Shown: positions 28,794 to 39,610 of the stretch, piece by piece | Layout: each line of letters opens with the position of its first letter | Position numbering within the stretch: position 1 is the stretch's first letter | Assembly: GCA_040754455.1 (NCBI GenBank) | Contig: JBFMCP010000006.1 | Location: forward strand, 1 to 64,000 | DNA from: Nitrospirota bacterium | GTDB taxonomy: Bacteria > Nitrospirota > Thermodesulfovibrionia > Thermodesulfovibrionales > Dissulfurispiraceae | Direction: 5' to 3' | Length of the DNA: 64,000 nt | Translations under genes and position numbers: made by a program | The notes under the pieces: generated by a model | Databases searched by the model: none | The model's input: the letters and a program-made list of their open reading frames with translations, nothing else | Told to the model about the DNA's origin: nothing

Positions 28794-30002
28794 ATGAAGA
28801 AAGCGTTGATTGTTGCTTTTGCCGCATTGCTCGTTGCAGGCGGCGTTCTCGCGTATAAAAGTTTTTTTGGAACGCCTGACATCAAAGTACTCGAGACCGC
28901 CCGGATTACGCGCGGCAGTGTCAGGGGAGTGCTTGTCGAGACCGGCATCATTAAGCCCCAGGTCGGCGCCCTGGTCAAAGTAGGTACGCGGGCAACGGGC
29001 ACCATCGTGAAAATGAACGTGAAAGTGGGGGATCGGGTTGAGAGGGGACAGCTTATTGCGCTCATCGATGACCGGGAAGTGAGAAAGGGCATCGAACAGC
29101 AGCAGGCCGCACTGCTCTCCGCACAGAATACCCTCTCGCAGGTTGAGCTCACCTATCCCGAACGCATCAAGGAGGCCCAGGCGAACTATGATTATGCAAA
29201 AACAACGTACGAACGGGAAAAAGAGCTCATCAAGCACGAATATACCACCAGGGATGCCGTTGACAGGGCGAGGAGCCAGTTCGAGGCTGCGGAAGCGAAC
29301 CTCAAAAGATTAAAGGAAGAATACCGGACGCAGCTCAAAATCTCGAAGGCCAACATCGAAGACCGTGCTGCCCAGCTGGCGCAGCAGCAGACCAAGCTGA
29401 CCTATACGCGCATTTACGCCCCCATGGACGGCGTCGTCTCCGAAGTGACGGCCCAGGAGGGAGAGACGACGGTCGCAGGGCTGCAGGTCGCCAATCTCGT
29501 TACAGTTCTCGACCCGACCCGGCTCGAAATGTGGATCTACGTTGATGAGACCGACGTCGGTAAAGTAAAGGTAGGGCAGCAGGTCGAGTACTACGTTGAT
29601 ACGCTTCCCGATAAACTCTTCCGCGGCGCCATACAGAAGACCTATCCCCAGCCGGTGGTGAAAGACAATATTGTCTATTACCTCGCTATCGTGAAAGTGC
29701 CCGAGCACGAAGCCGTCTACCTCAAACCCGAAATGACCACCCATGTCCGGATCATTTTTGACGAACGGCAGGGCGTGCTCACCGCGCCGAATGCCGCCAT
29801 AAAGTTCGAGAGGGGCAAGCAGATTGCGTATCAGGTCATCGCACCAAAAAAGGTGCAGAAAGTCGAGGTGAGGATCGGCATCAGAGGTGAGGAAAGGACA
29901 GAGATACTGTCAGGCGTAAAAGAAGGGGATATCCTCGCGACAAAGATCATCCTGCCCATAGAAAAAAACCAGAAGACGGGGAATGAAAAACAAAAACAAT
30001 AA
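28794..30002 (+). CDS. Efflux periplasmic adaptor (MacA-like)
   Basis: N-terminal anchor, VKVGDRVERGQ lipoyl motif, coiled coil, IYAPMDGVV. Confidence 0.92.
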   Translation: MKKALIVAFAALLVAGGVLAYKSFFGTPDIKVLETARITRGSVRGVLVETGIIKPQVGALVKVGTRATGTIVKMNVKVGDRVERGQLIALIDDREVRKGIEQQQAALLSAQNTLSQVELTYPERIKEAQANYDYAKTTYEREKELIKHEYTTRDAVDRARSQFEAAEANLKRLKEEYRTQLKISKANIEDRAAQLAQQQTKLTYTRIYAPMDGVVSEVTAQEGETTVAGLQVANLVTVLDPTRLEMWIYVDETDVGKVKVGQQVEYYVDTLPDKLFRGAIQKTYPQPVVKDNIVYYLAIVKVPEHEAVYLKPEMTTHVRIIFDERQGVLTAPNAAIKFERGKQIAYQVIAPKKVQKVEVRIGIRGEERTEILSGVKEGDILATKIILPIEKNQKTGNEKQKQ

Positions 30003-30124
30003 AAACTACAGGGCGTACGCGCCTATGTATAGGCGGACAAAGGCTGGAATGGCCGCCTTTGTCATATACATTCCGGAATATTTTTTATTACAACATTAAT
30101 CCTTTGCTTTCAGGATCAGAATAA

Positions 30125-30805
30125 ATGTCGTTGTGCTTAATGGAAAATATCCGCAAGACCTACCGGATCGGCGATGCTGACGTCGAGGTCCTGAAAGGAA
30201 TAAACCTGCGCATTGAGGAGGGGGAGTTCGTTGCTATCATGGGGACCTCGGGTTCTGGCAAGACAACGCTCATGAACATCATCGGCTGCCTCGACACCCC
30301 CACATCAGGACGTTACTTTCTCGCTGGAAAGGAGGTCTCGCAACTCAACGATGACGAACTCTCGGTACTGAGAAATGAGCATATCGGCTTCGTATTTCAA
30401 AGCTTTTATCTCCTTCCCTATGCCACCGTGCTCGAAAACGTACTCCTTCCGACGCTCTATGTGGAGAAACCGCTTGACGATAGGGAGAAAAGGGCGATGG
30501 AACTGTTACGGCTCGTAGGACTGGAAGATAGGGCCGACTTCAGGCCGAACCAGCTCTCGGGCGGCCAGCAGCAGCGTGTTGCCATAGGAAGGGCGCTGGT
30601 AAACAATCCCGAGCTCCTGCTCGCCGACGAGCCTACCGGCCAGCTCGACAGCAAGACCGCAACAGAGATAATGCGCTTGCTTTCAACGATGAACGAGCAG
30701 GGCAAGACCGTGCTGGTGATAACCCATGATGCCGGTATAGCAGCATATGCCAGGCGCATAATACAGATATCGGACGGACAGATAAAAGAGTCAGGCCAAG
30801 GCTAG
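30125..30805 (+). CDS. MacB/LolD-type ABC ATP-binding protein
   Basis: GTSGSGKT, LSGGQQQR, LLADEPT. Confidence 0.95.
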   Translation: MSLCLMENIRKTYRIGDADVEVLKGINLRIEEGEFVAIMGTSGSGKTTLMNIIGCLDTPTSGRYFLAGKEVSQLNDDELSVLRNEHIGFVFQSFYLLPYATVLENVLLPTLYVEKPLDDREKRAMELLRLVGLEDRADFRPNQLSGGQQQRVAIGRALVNNPELLLADEPTGQLDSKTATEIMRLLSTMNEQGKTVLVITHDAGIAAYARRIIQISDGQIKESGQG

Positions 30806-30883
30806 GCTGAAGTTAATGCTGAGACCGAGGAGCCCCTAAGTCGTGACCTCATCCTTAACCTGCCTTCCCTTAACCAATACTTA

Positions 30884-31076
30884 GAGCGTCTAACGGAATG
30901 AGGAAGAGGGAGTCAGAGAAGGCAGAGTATGATCGCTCATTCTCGGAGGAATACATCCACGCATTCCTCCGAGGGAAACAGCCTGCTTCACCATCCCTGG
31001 TTACGCGTAGGCTGTCTAAACCGCCCTCATTCTCTACCCTGCCCGACTCAGGGCTCTTTCATTTCGTTAGAGGCTC
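30884..31076. mobile_element. 193-bp MITE-like element
   Basis: 18-bp terminal inverted repeats (16/18 match) flanked by TTA direct repeats. Confidence 0.6.
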
Positions 31077-31149
31077 TTAATATTTTAAGATTGTTGTTGC
31101 GTATACACTCTGTTTTTTGCTTTAATATTTAAAAGGGGATAATCTCATC

Positions 31150-31325
31150 TGCCTACCCTGTAGGTGTTTAGGTGGAAATGTTGATCCCGCAAATTAGATC
31201 TTAAGGGAGCCGGAGTAAGATGCGCGGTGTGCATGTCTCCCGCTAAGGAGAAAGCCTAAGCCATCTTCAAGGCACCCACCTTTTAACAAAAGGGATCTAA
31301 TTTCGCCTTCACGACAGGGTGGGTA
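31150..31325 (+). ncRNA. ssrS: 6S RNA
   Basis: Closing stem CCTACCCTGT/ACAGGGTGGG; GGGAGC, GTGTGCATGTC and GCACCCACC motifs; upstream of rny. Confidence 0.8.
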
Positions 31326-31347
31326 TTTATTATCCCCGCACGTGGCG

Positions 31348-31404
31348 TTAGTGATTATCACCGGAGAATAAGAGTGGAACTTATTCTCCGGTGGTAATCA
31401 CTAA
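31348..31404. repeat. 57-bp inverted repeat (25-bp arms, 7-nt loop)
   Basis: TTAGTGATTATCACCGGAGAATAAG / CTTATTCTCCGGTGGTAATCACTAA. Confidence 0.85.
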
Positions 31405-31690
31405 GTACGGTGATTGGGCAGGTGCAATTAACTTTTTGCAAATAGAGGAGTCAGGGGTTTGAATATTTTGTATTTTCTCAGATGCAAACGACATCGCTTG
31501 TACAGCGTTTTATATAGATCTCACCGTCATATGTACAGTGATGCACCCCGACTCTTTCCGGCTTATTGCCCCGCTTGCATATCGTAATTGCCCCTCCCCA
31601 CATCGCCTGCAGTAGCTGAGCGGTAATCTGGACGCTATCAAAAAGCGCGTCCGGATTACAAAAACACTTTACAGGAGGGGGGTTTTACCC

Positions 31691-33256
31691 ATGGAGACTA
31701 TCATAATCTCAATTCTGATTGCGCTTGTAGCGGGTGTTATAAGCGGTTTTGCCTTCTCCAGGATTTACAAAAATACCCTGAAATCAGAAAAAGAGGCCAT
31801 CAGCAAAGAGAGGGAACGTCTTCTCGAAGATGCAAAACGGGAAGTCGAGGCAATCAAGAAAGAGGCCGTTATTGCGGCAAAAGACCAGGCATACCAGGCA
31901 AAAGTCGAGGCCGAGAAAGAGATACGTGAAAGAACACGGGAGCTCAACCAGCTGGACAAGCGCCTGCGGCAGAAGGAGGAGCAGCTCGATAAAAAGATCG
32001 ACCAGCTCGAGAGACGGGAGCACGAACTTTCCCGGAAAGAGCGGGAGTACGGATCGAGAGAGCGGGCGCTGAACGAGAAAGAGAACCAGTATACCCAGCT
32101 CATCAAGGACCAGATACTGATCCTCGAACGGCTCTCTGCAATCTCCTCCGAAGAGGCCCGTAAGGAACTCTTCAGAAGAGTCGAGGAGGAGTCGAAGTTC
32201 GAGGCGGCGAAACTCGCCAAGCGGATCGAGGACGAGGCCCGCGAGACTGCCGAACGGAAGGCAAAAGAGGTCATCAGCGTCGCCATTCAGCGCTACTCCA
32301 GTGATTACGTGGCCGATGCCACCGTATCGGCGGTAAGCCTGCCGAATGATGAAATGAAGGGAAGGATCATCGGGAGAGAAGGGCGCAACATCAGGGCCTT
32401 TGAAGCGGCGACCGGTGTCGACATCCTTATCGACGATACCCCTGAATTGGTGACCCTGTCGGCTCACGACCCGGTGCGGCGCGAAATAGCGCGCATCTCC
32501 CTTGAGCGCCTGGTGAACGACGGAAGAATACATCCTGCCCGGATCGAGGAGCTTGTCGAGAAGGTAAAGAAAGAGGTCGAAACTACTATCAGGGAGGAAG
32601 GTGAGAAAGCGGTCTTTGACCTCGGCATTTCCGGCATGCACCCTGAACTGGTAAGGACAATCGGGAGACTGAAATACCGTACGTCCTATGGCCAGAACAT
32701 TCTCCAGCATTCAAAAGAGGTCGCGTATCTTGCCGGCATGATGGCAGGAGAGCTCGGCGTCGACATCAAATTGGCGAAACGCGGCGGACTCCTCCACGAC
32801 ATCGGCAAAGCAATCGATCACGAGATCGAGGGCTCCCATCAGGAGATCGGTACCGCGCTGGCAAAAAAGCATGGGGAAAACGACAAGGTCCTCAATGCCA
32901 TCCTGGCGCACCACGGCGACACTGACTTCACCAGTATAGAATCTGCGCTCGTTGCGGCAGCAGACGCCCTCTCCGCAGCACGCCCCGGCGTGAGGAGAGA
33001 GAGCATCGAGAACTACCTCAAGCGTCTGGAAAAATTGGAAGAGCTGGCGATGTCCTTCGACGGTGTCGAAAAGTGTTACGCGATCCAGGCGGGAAGGGAA
33101 ATACGCATTATCGTCAAGCCCGAGAATGTGAATGACGATATGTGTGCTGTTGTATCGAGAGACCTTGCCCGGAAGATAGAGTCAGAAATGACCTATCCCG
33201 GCCAGATAAAGGTAACCGTCATCCGCGAGTCACGCCACGTGGACTATGCGAAATAA
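31691..33256 (+). CDS. rny: Ribonuclease Y
   Basis: TM anchor, coiled coil, KH ([10 protein letters not shown]), HD (LLHDIGK). Confidence 0.97.
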   Translation: METIIISILIALVAGVISGFAFSRIYKNTLKSEKEAISKERERLLEDAKREVEAIKKEAVIAAKDQAYQAKVEAEKEIRERTRELNQLDKRLRQKEEQLDKKIDQLERREHELSRKEREYGSRERALNEKENQYTQLIKDQILILERLSAISSEEARKELFRRVEEESKFEAAKLAKRIEDEARETAERKAKEVISVAIQRYSSDYVADATVSAVSLPNDEMKGRIIGREGRNIRAFEAATGVDILIDDTPELVTLSAHDPVRREIARISLERLVNDGRIHPARIEELVEKVKKEVETTIREEGEKAVFDLGISGMHPELVRTIGRLKYRTSYGQNILQHSKEVAYLAGMMAGELGVDIKLAKRGGLLHDIGKAIDHEIEGSHQEIGTALAKKHGENDKVLNAILAHHGDTDFTSIESALVAAADALSAARPGVRRESIENYLKRLEKLEELAMSFDGVEKCYAIQAGREIRIIVKPENVNDDMCAVVSRDLARKIESEMTYPGQIKVTVIRESRHVDYAK

Positions 33257-33282
33257 AGGCCGTACCGAGTAATGGTCTCTTT

Positions 33283-34104
33283 ATGAAAATTCTCTTCATC
33301 GGCGATATTGTCGGTAAGGTCGGGCGACAGGCGGTCAAAACACTGCTGCCCAATCTTGTCGACCGCTACAAGATCGATCTGGTTATTGCCAACGGCGAGA
33401 ATGCCGCTGCCGGTTTCGGCATTACCGAGCCGACCGCAACCGATCTCTTTGAGTGTGGGATTCATGTCATCACCACCGGCAATCACGTGTGGGACAAAAA
33501 AGAGACCGTCCCCTACCTCGCCAAAGAGCACAGGGTACTGAGGCCCCTCAACTATCCTCCCGGGACGCCAGGCTCCGGCAGCATCGTCATCACCCTTCCC
33601 AATAACAAAAAGGCAGCAGTCATCAATGTCCTAGGCAGGGTCTTCATGAACCTCCTCGATTGTCCCTTCAGGACCTGCGAGAGCGAGATAGAGAAGCTCT
33701 CGAAAATCACCAACGTTATCCTCATCGATCTTCACGCCGAGGCAACCTCGGAAAAGATCGCCTTCGGCTATTACTTTGACGGCAAAGTCAGCGCGATCAT
33801 CGGCACCCATACCCATGTGCAGACCGCCGATGAAAAGATCCTCCAGGGCGGCACCGCCTATATTACCGACGCTGGAATGACCGGCCCTCAGATATCGGTG
33901 ATCGGCATAGAAAAAGAGCAGATCATCGAGCGCTTCCTCACCCATATGCCGAGGAGATACGACGTCGCCGGAGGCGCGGCAATCTTCTCCGGCGTTGTGA
34001 TCGAGATAGACGACACAAGCGGCAAAGCGAAAGGAATACAGCGGTTGCAGTTAACTACTTCATCGGGAGGTATGTATGGTTCAGGCAAAAGTGAAATGGG
34101 TTGA
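33283..34104 (+). CDS. YmdB-like metallophosphoesterase
   Basis: GDIVG, NGEN, GNH, HAEATSEK, GTHTHV. Confidence 0.95.
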   Translation: MKILFIGDIVGKVGRQAVKTLLPNLVDRYKIDLVIANGENAAAGFGITEPTATDLFECGIHVITTGNHVWDKKETVPYLAKEHRVLRPLNYPPGTPGSGSIVITLPNNKKAAVINVLGRVFMNLLDCPFRTCESEIEKLSKITNVILIDLHAEATSEKIAFGYYFDGKVSAIIGTHTHVQTADEKILQGGTAYITDAGMTGPQISVIGIEKEQIIERFLTHMPRRYDVAGGAAIFSGVVIEIDDTSGKAKGIQRLQLTTSSGGMYGSGKSEMG

Positions 34105-34495
34105 TGGTCTTCAATTCGTTGGAGAATCGCAAACAAAGCATGCAATCGTCATGGATGCCGATCCCGAGGTCGGCGGCGCTGACACCGGTATGCGTCCTAT
34201 GGAACTGCTCCTCATCGGCCTCGGCGGCTGCTCCGGCATGGATGTCGCCTCCATCCTCCAGAAAAAGCGGCAGCAGATCGCCGATATCGAGATCAACGTT
34301 AAAGGCAACAAGGCCGAGACCTATCCCAAGAAGTACACCGACATCGAGATCGAATTCATCGTCAAAGGAAAAGAGGTATCCGAAGAGGCTGTCAAAAAAG
34401 CAGTAGAAGCCTCAATGGAAAAGTACTGCTCCGTCAAAGCAACCCTCGAAGGCACCGCGAAAATTACCTGGAGCTATAAAATAGTACAGGTTTGA
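34076..34495 (+). CDS. OsmC-family protein
   Basis: PMELLL.GLGGC...KYCSV. Confidence 0.92.
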   Translation: MVQAKVKWVDGLQFVGESQTKHAIVMDADPEVGGADTGMRPMELLLIGLGGCSGMDVASILQKKRQQIADIEINVKGNKAETYPKKYTDIEIEFIVKGKEVSEEAVKKAVEASMEKYCSVKATLEGTAKITWSYKIVQV

Positions 34496-34570
34496 TCTCT
34501 TAGCCCTTTTCTGAAGCGGTTAGCGAGCAGGTGCAGAAGTTAAACGAGGAACTAAGGAACCAGTTACAAC

Positions 34571-35806
34571 TTAGAAAAGCCGTACCGTAACTTCCTCTCC
34601 GGCATCCAACCCCAGCTTTTCCTGGGGAATCATCACGGTACCGTCGGCTTTTACCAGCGTGGTAATCAGTCCCGATTTGCCGAGGACAGGAACAGCGTAC
34701 CATTCTCCATCCAGTTCTTCGAGGGCAACACGAATGTGGTCCTCTCTTCCGGCAGAGGATGCTATGCTCTTGGCCATTTTGGCTCTGGCTGTTTTGAAAA
34801 AAGATCGCTTTGGATGCAGTCCGCTCAGTCGTTCGAGGAGCGGTCGTATGAAGAGGTCGAAACAGACTGCCGTAGCGGCAGGATGTCCCGGCAGTCCAAG
34901 AATGGGCTTATTGTTCACCAGTCCGCCGATCATCGGTTTTCCGGGTTTCAGTGACACGCCGTGAAAGAGCACGCCGGGGCTTCCGATATCGTTGATGATA
35001 TCGGCGGTCATATCCTTGGTGCCGGCAGAGGTCCCGCCGCTGATGAGGACCATATCAGATTCCTGCAGTGCTTCTTCAATCGCCGTTCTGATGAGCGTAT
35101 ACTCGTCCTTAAAAATTCCTTTTTTAACCGGGATACCACCGTGGTCACTGATGAGTCCGGCTAATGTAAAAGAATTGATATCCCTCACCTGCCCCGGTCC
35201 TAAGGGGCTGCGTGCAGGAACGATTTCATCACCGGTAGAGATGACGGCGACAACCGGTTTCATATAGACTTCTATCTCGGTGATGCCGAGGCCTGCAAGG
35301 GCGGCAATATCCTGCGCCCTCAGGCGGTGACCTTTTATGATGATCACTTCGCCGTTCTTTACATCCTCACCTCGCTGGATCACATTTTCATTCGGAGCGA
35401 CCGACTTCAGCACCTCGATCATATCATCGGATACGACCTGCACATGTTCGAGCATTACTACTGCATCAGCTCCTTCGGGGAGCATTCCGCCGGTAGGGAT
35501 CTTCGCGGTCTCGCCCTTGGCGATATTGACAGCCGGCGCCATCCCCATGAATATCTCGCCTTTCAGGGTGATATACGCAGGAGCGGTCTCCTTTGCGCCG
35601 AACGTATCCGCGGCATTCACTGCATATCCGTCGACGGTAGAACGCGCAAAGCCGGGAAGATCTTCAGGTGCGATAACATCGTGAGCGATAACGCGGCCGT
35701 AGCATTCTTCTATAGGAAGCCGCTCGGCAGAGGGCCGTAACTCCGGAGAGGATTTCAATATGCGCTGTAATGCATCGGAAGGTAAAAGATAGCTTTTATC
35801 GAACAT
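34571..35806 (-). CDS. moeA: Molybdopterin molybdotransferase
   Basis: STVDGYA, STGDE, SGGTS, KPGKP, LPGHP. Confidence 0.95.
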   Translation of the reverse strand: MFDKSYLLPSDALQRILKSSPELRPSAERLPIEECYGRVIAHDVIAPEDLPGFARSTVDGYAVNAADTFGAKETAPAYITLKGEIFMGMAPAVNIAKGETAKIPTGGMLPEGADAVVMLEHVQVVSDDMIEVLKSVAPNENVIQRGEDVKNGEVIIIKGHRLRAQDIAALAGLGITEIEVYMKPVVAVISTGDEIVPARSPLGPGQVRDINSFTLAGLISDHGGIPVKKGIFKDEYTLIRTAIEEALQESDMVLISGGTSAGTKDMTADIINDIGSPGVLFHGVSLKPGKPMIGGLVNNKPILGLPGHPAATAVCFDLFIRPLLERLSGLHPKRSFFKTARAKMAKSIASSAGREDHIRVALEELDGEWYAVPVLGKSGLITTLVKADGTVMIPQEKLGLDAGEEVTVRLF

Positions 35807-35936
35807 AACTCAGAAATATCCTACATACGAAGCACGAAATCCTAAGCAGCTTCGCAAGACCGAAACCGTTTTGAATTTCTGATATTTCATTTGTTTAGAA
35901 TTTAGAAATTAGGATTTCGTATGTGCCGTTTCGTTT

Positions 35937-36644
35937 TTAGAGGGGGCTTTTTTTCAAGACCTCGGCATTCCGGCCGTTTTTGAGCAGATCGAGAATCCGT
36001 GTTATCGACTCGTCATGGAGCTGATAAATGTAATCCTTGTCGAGGCCCATCTTCCTCTTTTTATTGAAGAGCGAGAGATAGAGAATTCCTTTATATATCC
36101 TCTTATTGGTCTTGAAAGAAAAGATGTAGCTGTCGAGAGAGCCTTCGAGAAAACTGTCGTTTCTCTGCTGGACCGTCTTGCTGATGGTCACCGTCTGGAG
36201 CCAATAGACCTTGTTGATCATGCTGTCGGCCTTGAGCTCGAGCCAGGTGTGCTCCATGTCCATGGTATCTTCGGTCAGGGTCTCATGGGCAACGGTATCG
36301 GCAGCGAGATGGCTCAAATAGCCGTAGACAAAGGCCTTTTCTGGCCCCTTCTTCGCCTGCGAGAGGAGATTAAGCCCTACCTCCCAGCTGTGCGAGCTCT
36401 TATTGTCAGGCAGATATTTTTTCCCGAGAATCATGTCGGCCATCAGGTTGCCGTAGAGAAAGTCCTGGCGGTATTTACGCATAAGGCCCAATACGCCTGC
36501 GGGAATGAGCGGTGCGTAGGCAAAAAGCTCGTTGCCGAGATACATGTGGGTAAGGGGTCCCCAGGCAAAGGCAAAAGAAGGCACAAGGATGAGGCCGATC
36601 AGAAGCAGCACAAAAAACATAATTTTATACCTCGAAGGAGCCAC
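35937..36644 (-). CDS. Zinc-dependent phospholipase C family protein
   Basis: AWGPLTH and GYLSHLAADTVAH motifs. Confidence 0.85.
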   Translation of the reverse strand: MAPSRYKIMFFVLLLIGLILVPSFAFAWGPLTHMYLGNELFAYAPLIPAGVLGLMRKYRQDFLYGNLMADMILGKKYLPDNKSSHSWEVGLNLLSQAKKGPEKAFVYGYLSHLAADTVAHETLTEDTMDMEHTWLELKADSMINKVYWLQTVTISKTVQQRNDSFLEGSLDSYIFSFKTNKRIYKGILYLSLFNKKRKMGLDKDYIYQLHDESITRILDLLKNGRNAEVLKKSPL

Positions 36645-36658
36645 AGACGTGGCTCAAC

Positions 36659-38155
36659 TCATTTTCCCGCAGGGCAAAGCCCTTCCAAAAAGGTTACTAA
36701 TAAACGCACCCCGATCCCGGTCGCGCCTTTCGGGATATAGGGTTTATCCTTTTCATTCCATGCGGTGCCTGCGATGTCGAGATGGATCCATGGAGTGGTA
36801 CCGGCGAACTCTTTGAGGAAGTATGCTGCGGTGACGAGCGAGCCCTTTCTGCCGCCCGCATTCTTCATATCCGCAACATCGCTCTTCAGGTAATCCTTAT
36901 ATTCATCATAGAGCGGCATCTGCCATACCCGTTCATAAGTCTCTTCAGATGCCCTCTTCACCTGCTCCATCAGATCCTGGTCATTTCCCATCATGGCTAT
37001 CGCCTCATTCCCCAGAGCAATCGAACAGGCTCCGGTAAGGGTTGCTATATCGATGACCGCCTTAGGACTATAGTATTTTAGTGCATAACCGATAGCATCC
37101 GCAAGGATTAATCTGCCCTCGGCATCGGTGCTGATGATTTCGATCGTCAATCCGTTGACAGCCCTGAGCACATCGCCGGGCTTGAATGCCGTGCCGCTGG
37201 GGAGATTCTCCGTTGCCGGGACAATGCCGACCAGGTTGACCGGCAGACCAAGCGCTGCAGCGGCCTTGATTACCCCGAGCACGGCCGAGCCTCCGGCCAT
37301 ATCGTATTTCATCTTTTCCATTCCCTCTGCGGGCTTGATGGAAATGCCGCCGCTGTCGAAGGTGATCGCCTTTCCGATAAGAACGAGAGGAGCACCCTTC
37401 CCTCCTTTATATTCGAGAACAATAAATTTCGGAGGTTCGGCAGAGCCCCTGGCAACGGCGAGGTAGGCGCCCATACCCTCTTTTTTGGTGTCCCTTTCCT
37501 CCAATATTTTCACTTTGATCTTTTTATTTTCAGCAAGCGATTGTGCTGCAACACTTAATGCGGTAGGCGTCATATCGTTAGAGGGCGTATTGACGAGGTC
37601 CCGCGCAAACATCACGGCTGATACGACCGTCTCAATCTTTTTTAAGGGAAGACCCTTATCATCGTCGAGCACAATGAGCGTGGCGAGCCCTTTGCCGTTT
37701 TCCTTTTTCTTGTATTTCTCGAACCGGTAAAGGGAGAGCAGCCCGCCTTCGACGAAATATACCACCTGCTTGTTTTTTGCACCCGTCGCAATCGCAAACT
37801 CTTGCAGTGTCGTGCGGAACTGCATCGTAGAGACAGCGATATCAGAACACCCGAGATCTCGTGCATAAGAAAAGGCCTTTCCTCCTGCCTGCCTGAGGCG
37901 CTCGGGAGTAAGCTCAGCCTGTTTACCGAGGCCGATCATCAGGATTCGCGATGCATTGATGCCGTGGGCATGAAGAAGGGTGAGCTGATTGTGCTTCCCG
38001 GTAAATTCCTTTGTGTTGATTACTTTTGCAATGAGGCCGCCGATGATAGCATTGATATCGGCATATATGTCCGAAGGAGGATTTTCGAAACAAGGGAGGA
38101 CCAGTACGTCAGCACGTACCGCTTCTTCTGCCGTATCCTTGATGACGATATTCAT
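36659..38155 (-). CDS. pepA: Leucyl aminopeptidase
   Basis: GKAITFDSGG, MKYDM, TDAEGRL, HLDIAG. Confidence 0.96.
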   Translation of the reverse strand: MNIVIKDTAEEAVRADVLVLPCFENPPSDIYADINAIIGGLIAKVINTKEFTGKHNQLTLLHAHGINASRILMIGLGKQAELTPERLRQAGGKAFSYARDLGCSDIAVSTMQFRTTLQEFAIATGAKNKQVVYFVEGGLLSLYRFEKYKKKENGKGLATLIVLDDDKGLPLKKIETVVSAVMFARDLVNTPSNDMTPTALSVAAQSLAENKKIKVKILEERDTKKEGMGAYLAVARGSAEPPKFIVLEYKGGKGAPLVLIGKAITFDSGGISIKPAEGMEKMKYDMAGGSAVLGVIKAAAALGLPVNLVGIVPATENLPSGTAFKPGDVLRAVNGLTIEIISTDAEGRLILADAIGYALKYYSPKAVIDIATLTGACSIALGNEAIAMMGNDQDLMEQVKRASEETYERVWQMPLYDEYKDYLKSDVADMKNAGGRKGSLVTAAYFLKEFAGTTPWIHLDIAGTAWNEKDKPYIPKGATGIGVRLLVTFLEGLCPAGK

Positions 38156-38751
38156 TATTCGATCTGGGCCCTGCCCGGACGCGGGGAACGGTTGAACCTG
38201 TTCATTGCCTTGTCGATGCCTTCTGCCACAATGACCGAAACGGCGTCGGATGCATTAATTATAGCATCTTTTATTGCGTTCTTCTCCGCAGTCGTAAAAG
38301 TGCTCAGGACATAGCGCTCGACGGGGATATCCCGGTCGCGCCCGATGCCCACTTTGACCCTTATGAAATCCTTCGTTCCCGTCTCCTGTATAATCGACTC
38401 GATGCCTTTATGTCCGCCCGATGAGCCGCCCTTCCTGATCTTTATGACGCCGGTTTCGAGGTCGAGATCGTCGTGGACGACGATCAGTGTTTTGGATAGA
38501 TTATCGGTGGGGATTCCGTATTTCTTGAGAACCCTTTTGACGGCAAGGCCGCTCCTGTTCATAAAGGTAAGGGGCTTGAGGAGGACGGTCTCCTGCCCCT
38601 CAATAGCCCCTTTCCCTATGCTGTAGAGCTCTTTTTCATTCAGGGTAATCCGGTAGGCTTCGGCGAGCTGGTCGATGACATTGAAGCCGACATTATGACG
38701 GGTCTTAGCATACCTGCTGCCCGGATTTCCCAGTCCGACAATGATCCACAT
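38155..38751 (-). CDS. pth: Peptidyl-tRNA hydrolase
   Basis: VGLGNPG, TRHNVGF, HDDLD, GGHKG. Confidence 0.96.
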   Translation of the reverse strand: MWIIVGLGNPGSRYAKTRHNVGFNVIDQLAEAYRITLNEKELYSIGKGAIEGQETVLLKPLTFMNRSGLAVKRVLKKYGIPTDNLSKTLIVVHDDLDLETGVIKIRKGGSSGGHKGIESIIQETGTKDFIRVKVGIGRDRDIPVERYVLSTFTTAEKNAIKDAIINASDAVSVIVAEGIDKAMNRFNRSPRPGRAQIE

Positions 38752-38837
38752 AAATAAAGCCGTTATAGCGTCCAGCGTTATTGCGCACAAGGATCACTCT
38801 TGCTATAAACGCTATAACGCGACAGACGCGATAAACG

Positions 38838-39497
38838 TTATTTTTTCTCTTTTGTCTCTTTCGCTTCCTCTTCGGTCTTCTTGCCCTTCTTGATCACTTC
38901 GGGCTCTGCAACCTCTGTTACTGCCTCTGCAGGCGCCGCTTCCTCCTTGACGCCGACTACGGAAGCGAGCACTTCATGAGGTTCGCTGAGGATGCGGACT
39001 CCCTCGCCGGGCTGCAGATCGCTGACATGAATAGACTGGCCGATCAACAGGTTGGTAACATCAACATCGAAATGGCCGGGAATCTTGTCAGGAAGACACT
39101 CGACCTCGATTTCTCTGAGACCGTGCTGCAGGATGCCCTTATCTCTCTTGACTCCAATGGCCTCACCTTTGATCACCACATGCACCATAACCCTTATTGC
39201 CTCGGTAGCGGAGACCTCCTGAAAATCCACATGGATCAGATCACCCGTAATGGGGTCCGTCTGGTAGTCCTTTACAATAGCCTGTTTGGTATCGCCAGGG
39301 AACTTGAGGTTCACGATCACCTGTTCGCCTGCCGTCTTGCTGATAAAAGATGCAAGCTCCTTGCCTGAAAGCTGTATGGACTGGGCATTGCCTTTCCGGT
39401 ACATGACTCCAGGAACCGAGCCGTTTGCTCTCAGCGAACGCGCTCCGCCTTTACCCGTTCTCTCTCTCTTTTCGACACTCAACACGACTTTTTCCAT
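38838..39497 (-). CDS. rplY: 50S ribosomal protein L25/Ctc
   Basis: R...GKG.AR.LR, PGVMY, HVDF; GGAGG RBS. Confidence 0.95.
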   Translation of the reverse strand: MEKVVLSVEKRERTGKGGARSLRANGSVPGVMYRKGNAQSIQLSGKELASFISKTAGEQVIVNLKFPGDTKQAIVKDYQTDPITGDLIHVDFQEVSATEAIRVMVHVVIKGEAIGVKRDKGILQHGLREIEVECLPDKIPGHFDVDVTNLLIGQSIHVSDLQPGEGVRILSEPHEVLASVVGVKEEAAPAEAVTEVAEPEVIKKGKKTEEEAKETKEKK

Positions 39498-39610
39498 AAT
39501 TCCTCCATTCAAAAGTAAGAAGTAGGAAGTAGGAAGTAAGAAGTAAAAGAGAGAAAATAGTTGTTTGTTTCCAACTTCCCGCTTCTTACTTCTCACTTCT
39601 TACTTTTTAT

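Noticed and set aside
30881..31080. Retron msr-msd
   Set aside because: No reverse transcriptase in the window; TIRs with a TTA duplication fit a MITE better
39498..39596. N-terminal extension of L25 (likewise Pth and RecR) given in the ORF track
   Set aside because: These are translations of intergenic repeat hairpins; downstream starts fit the protein families better
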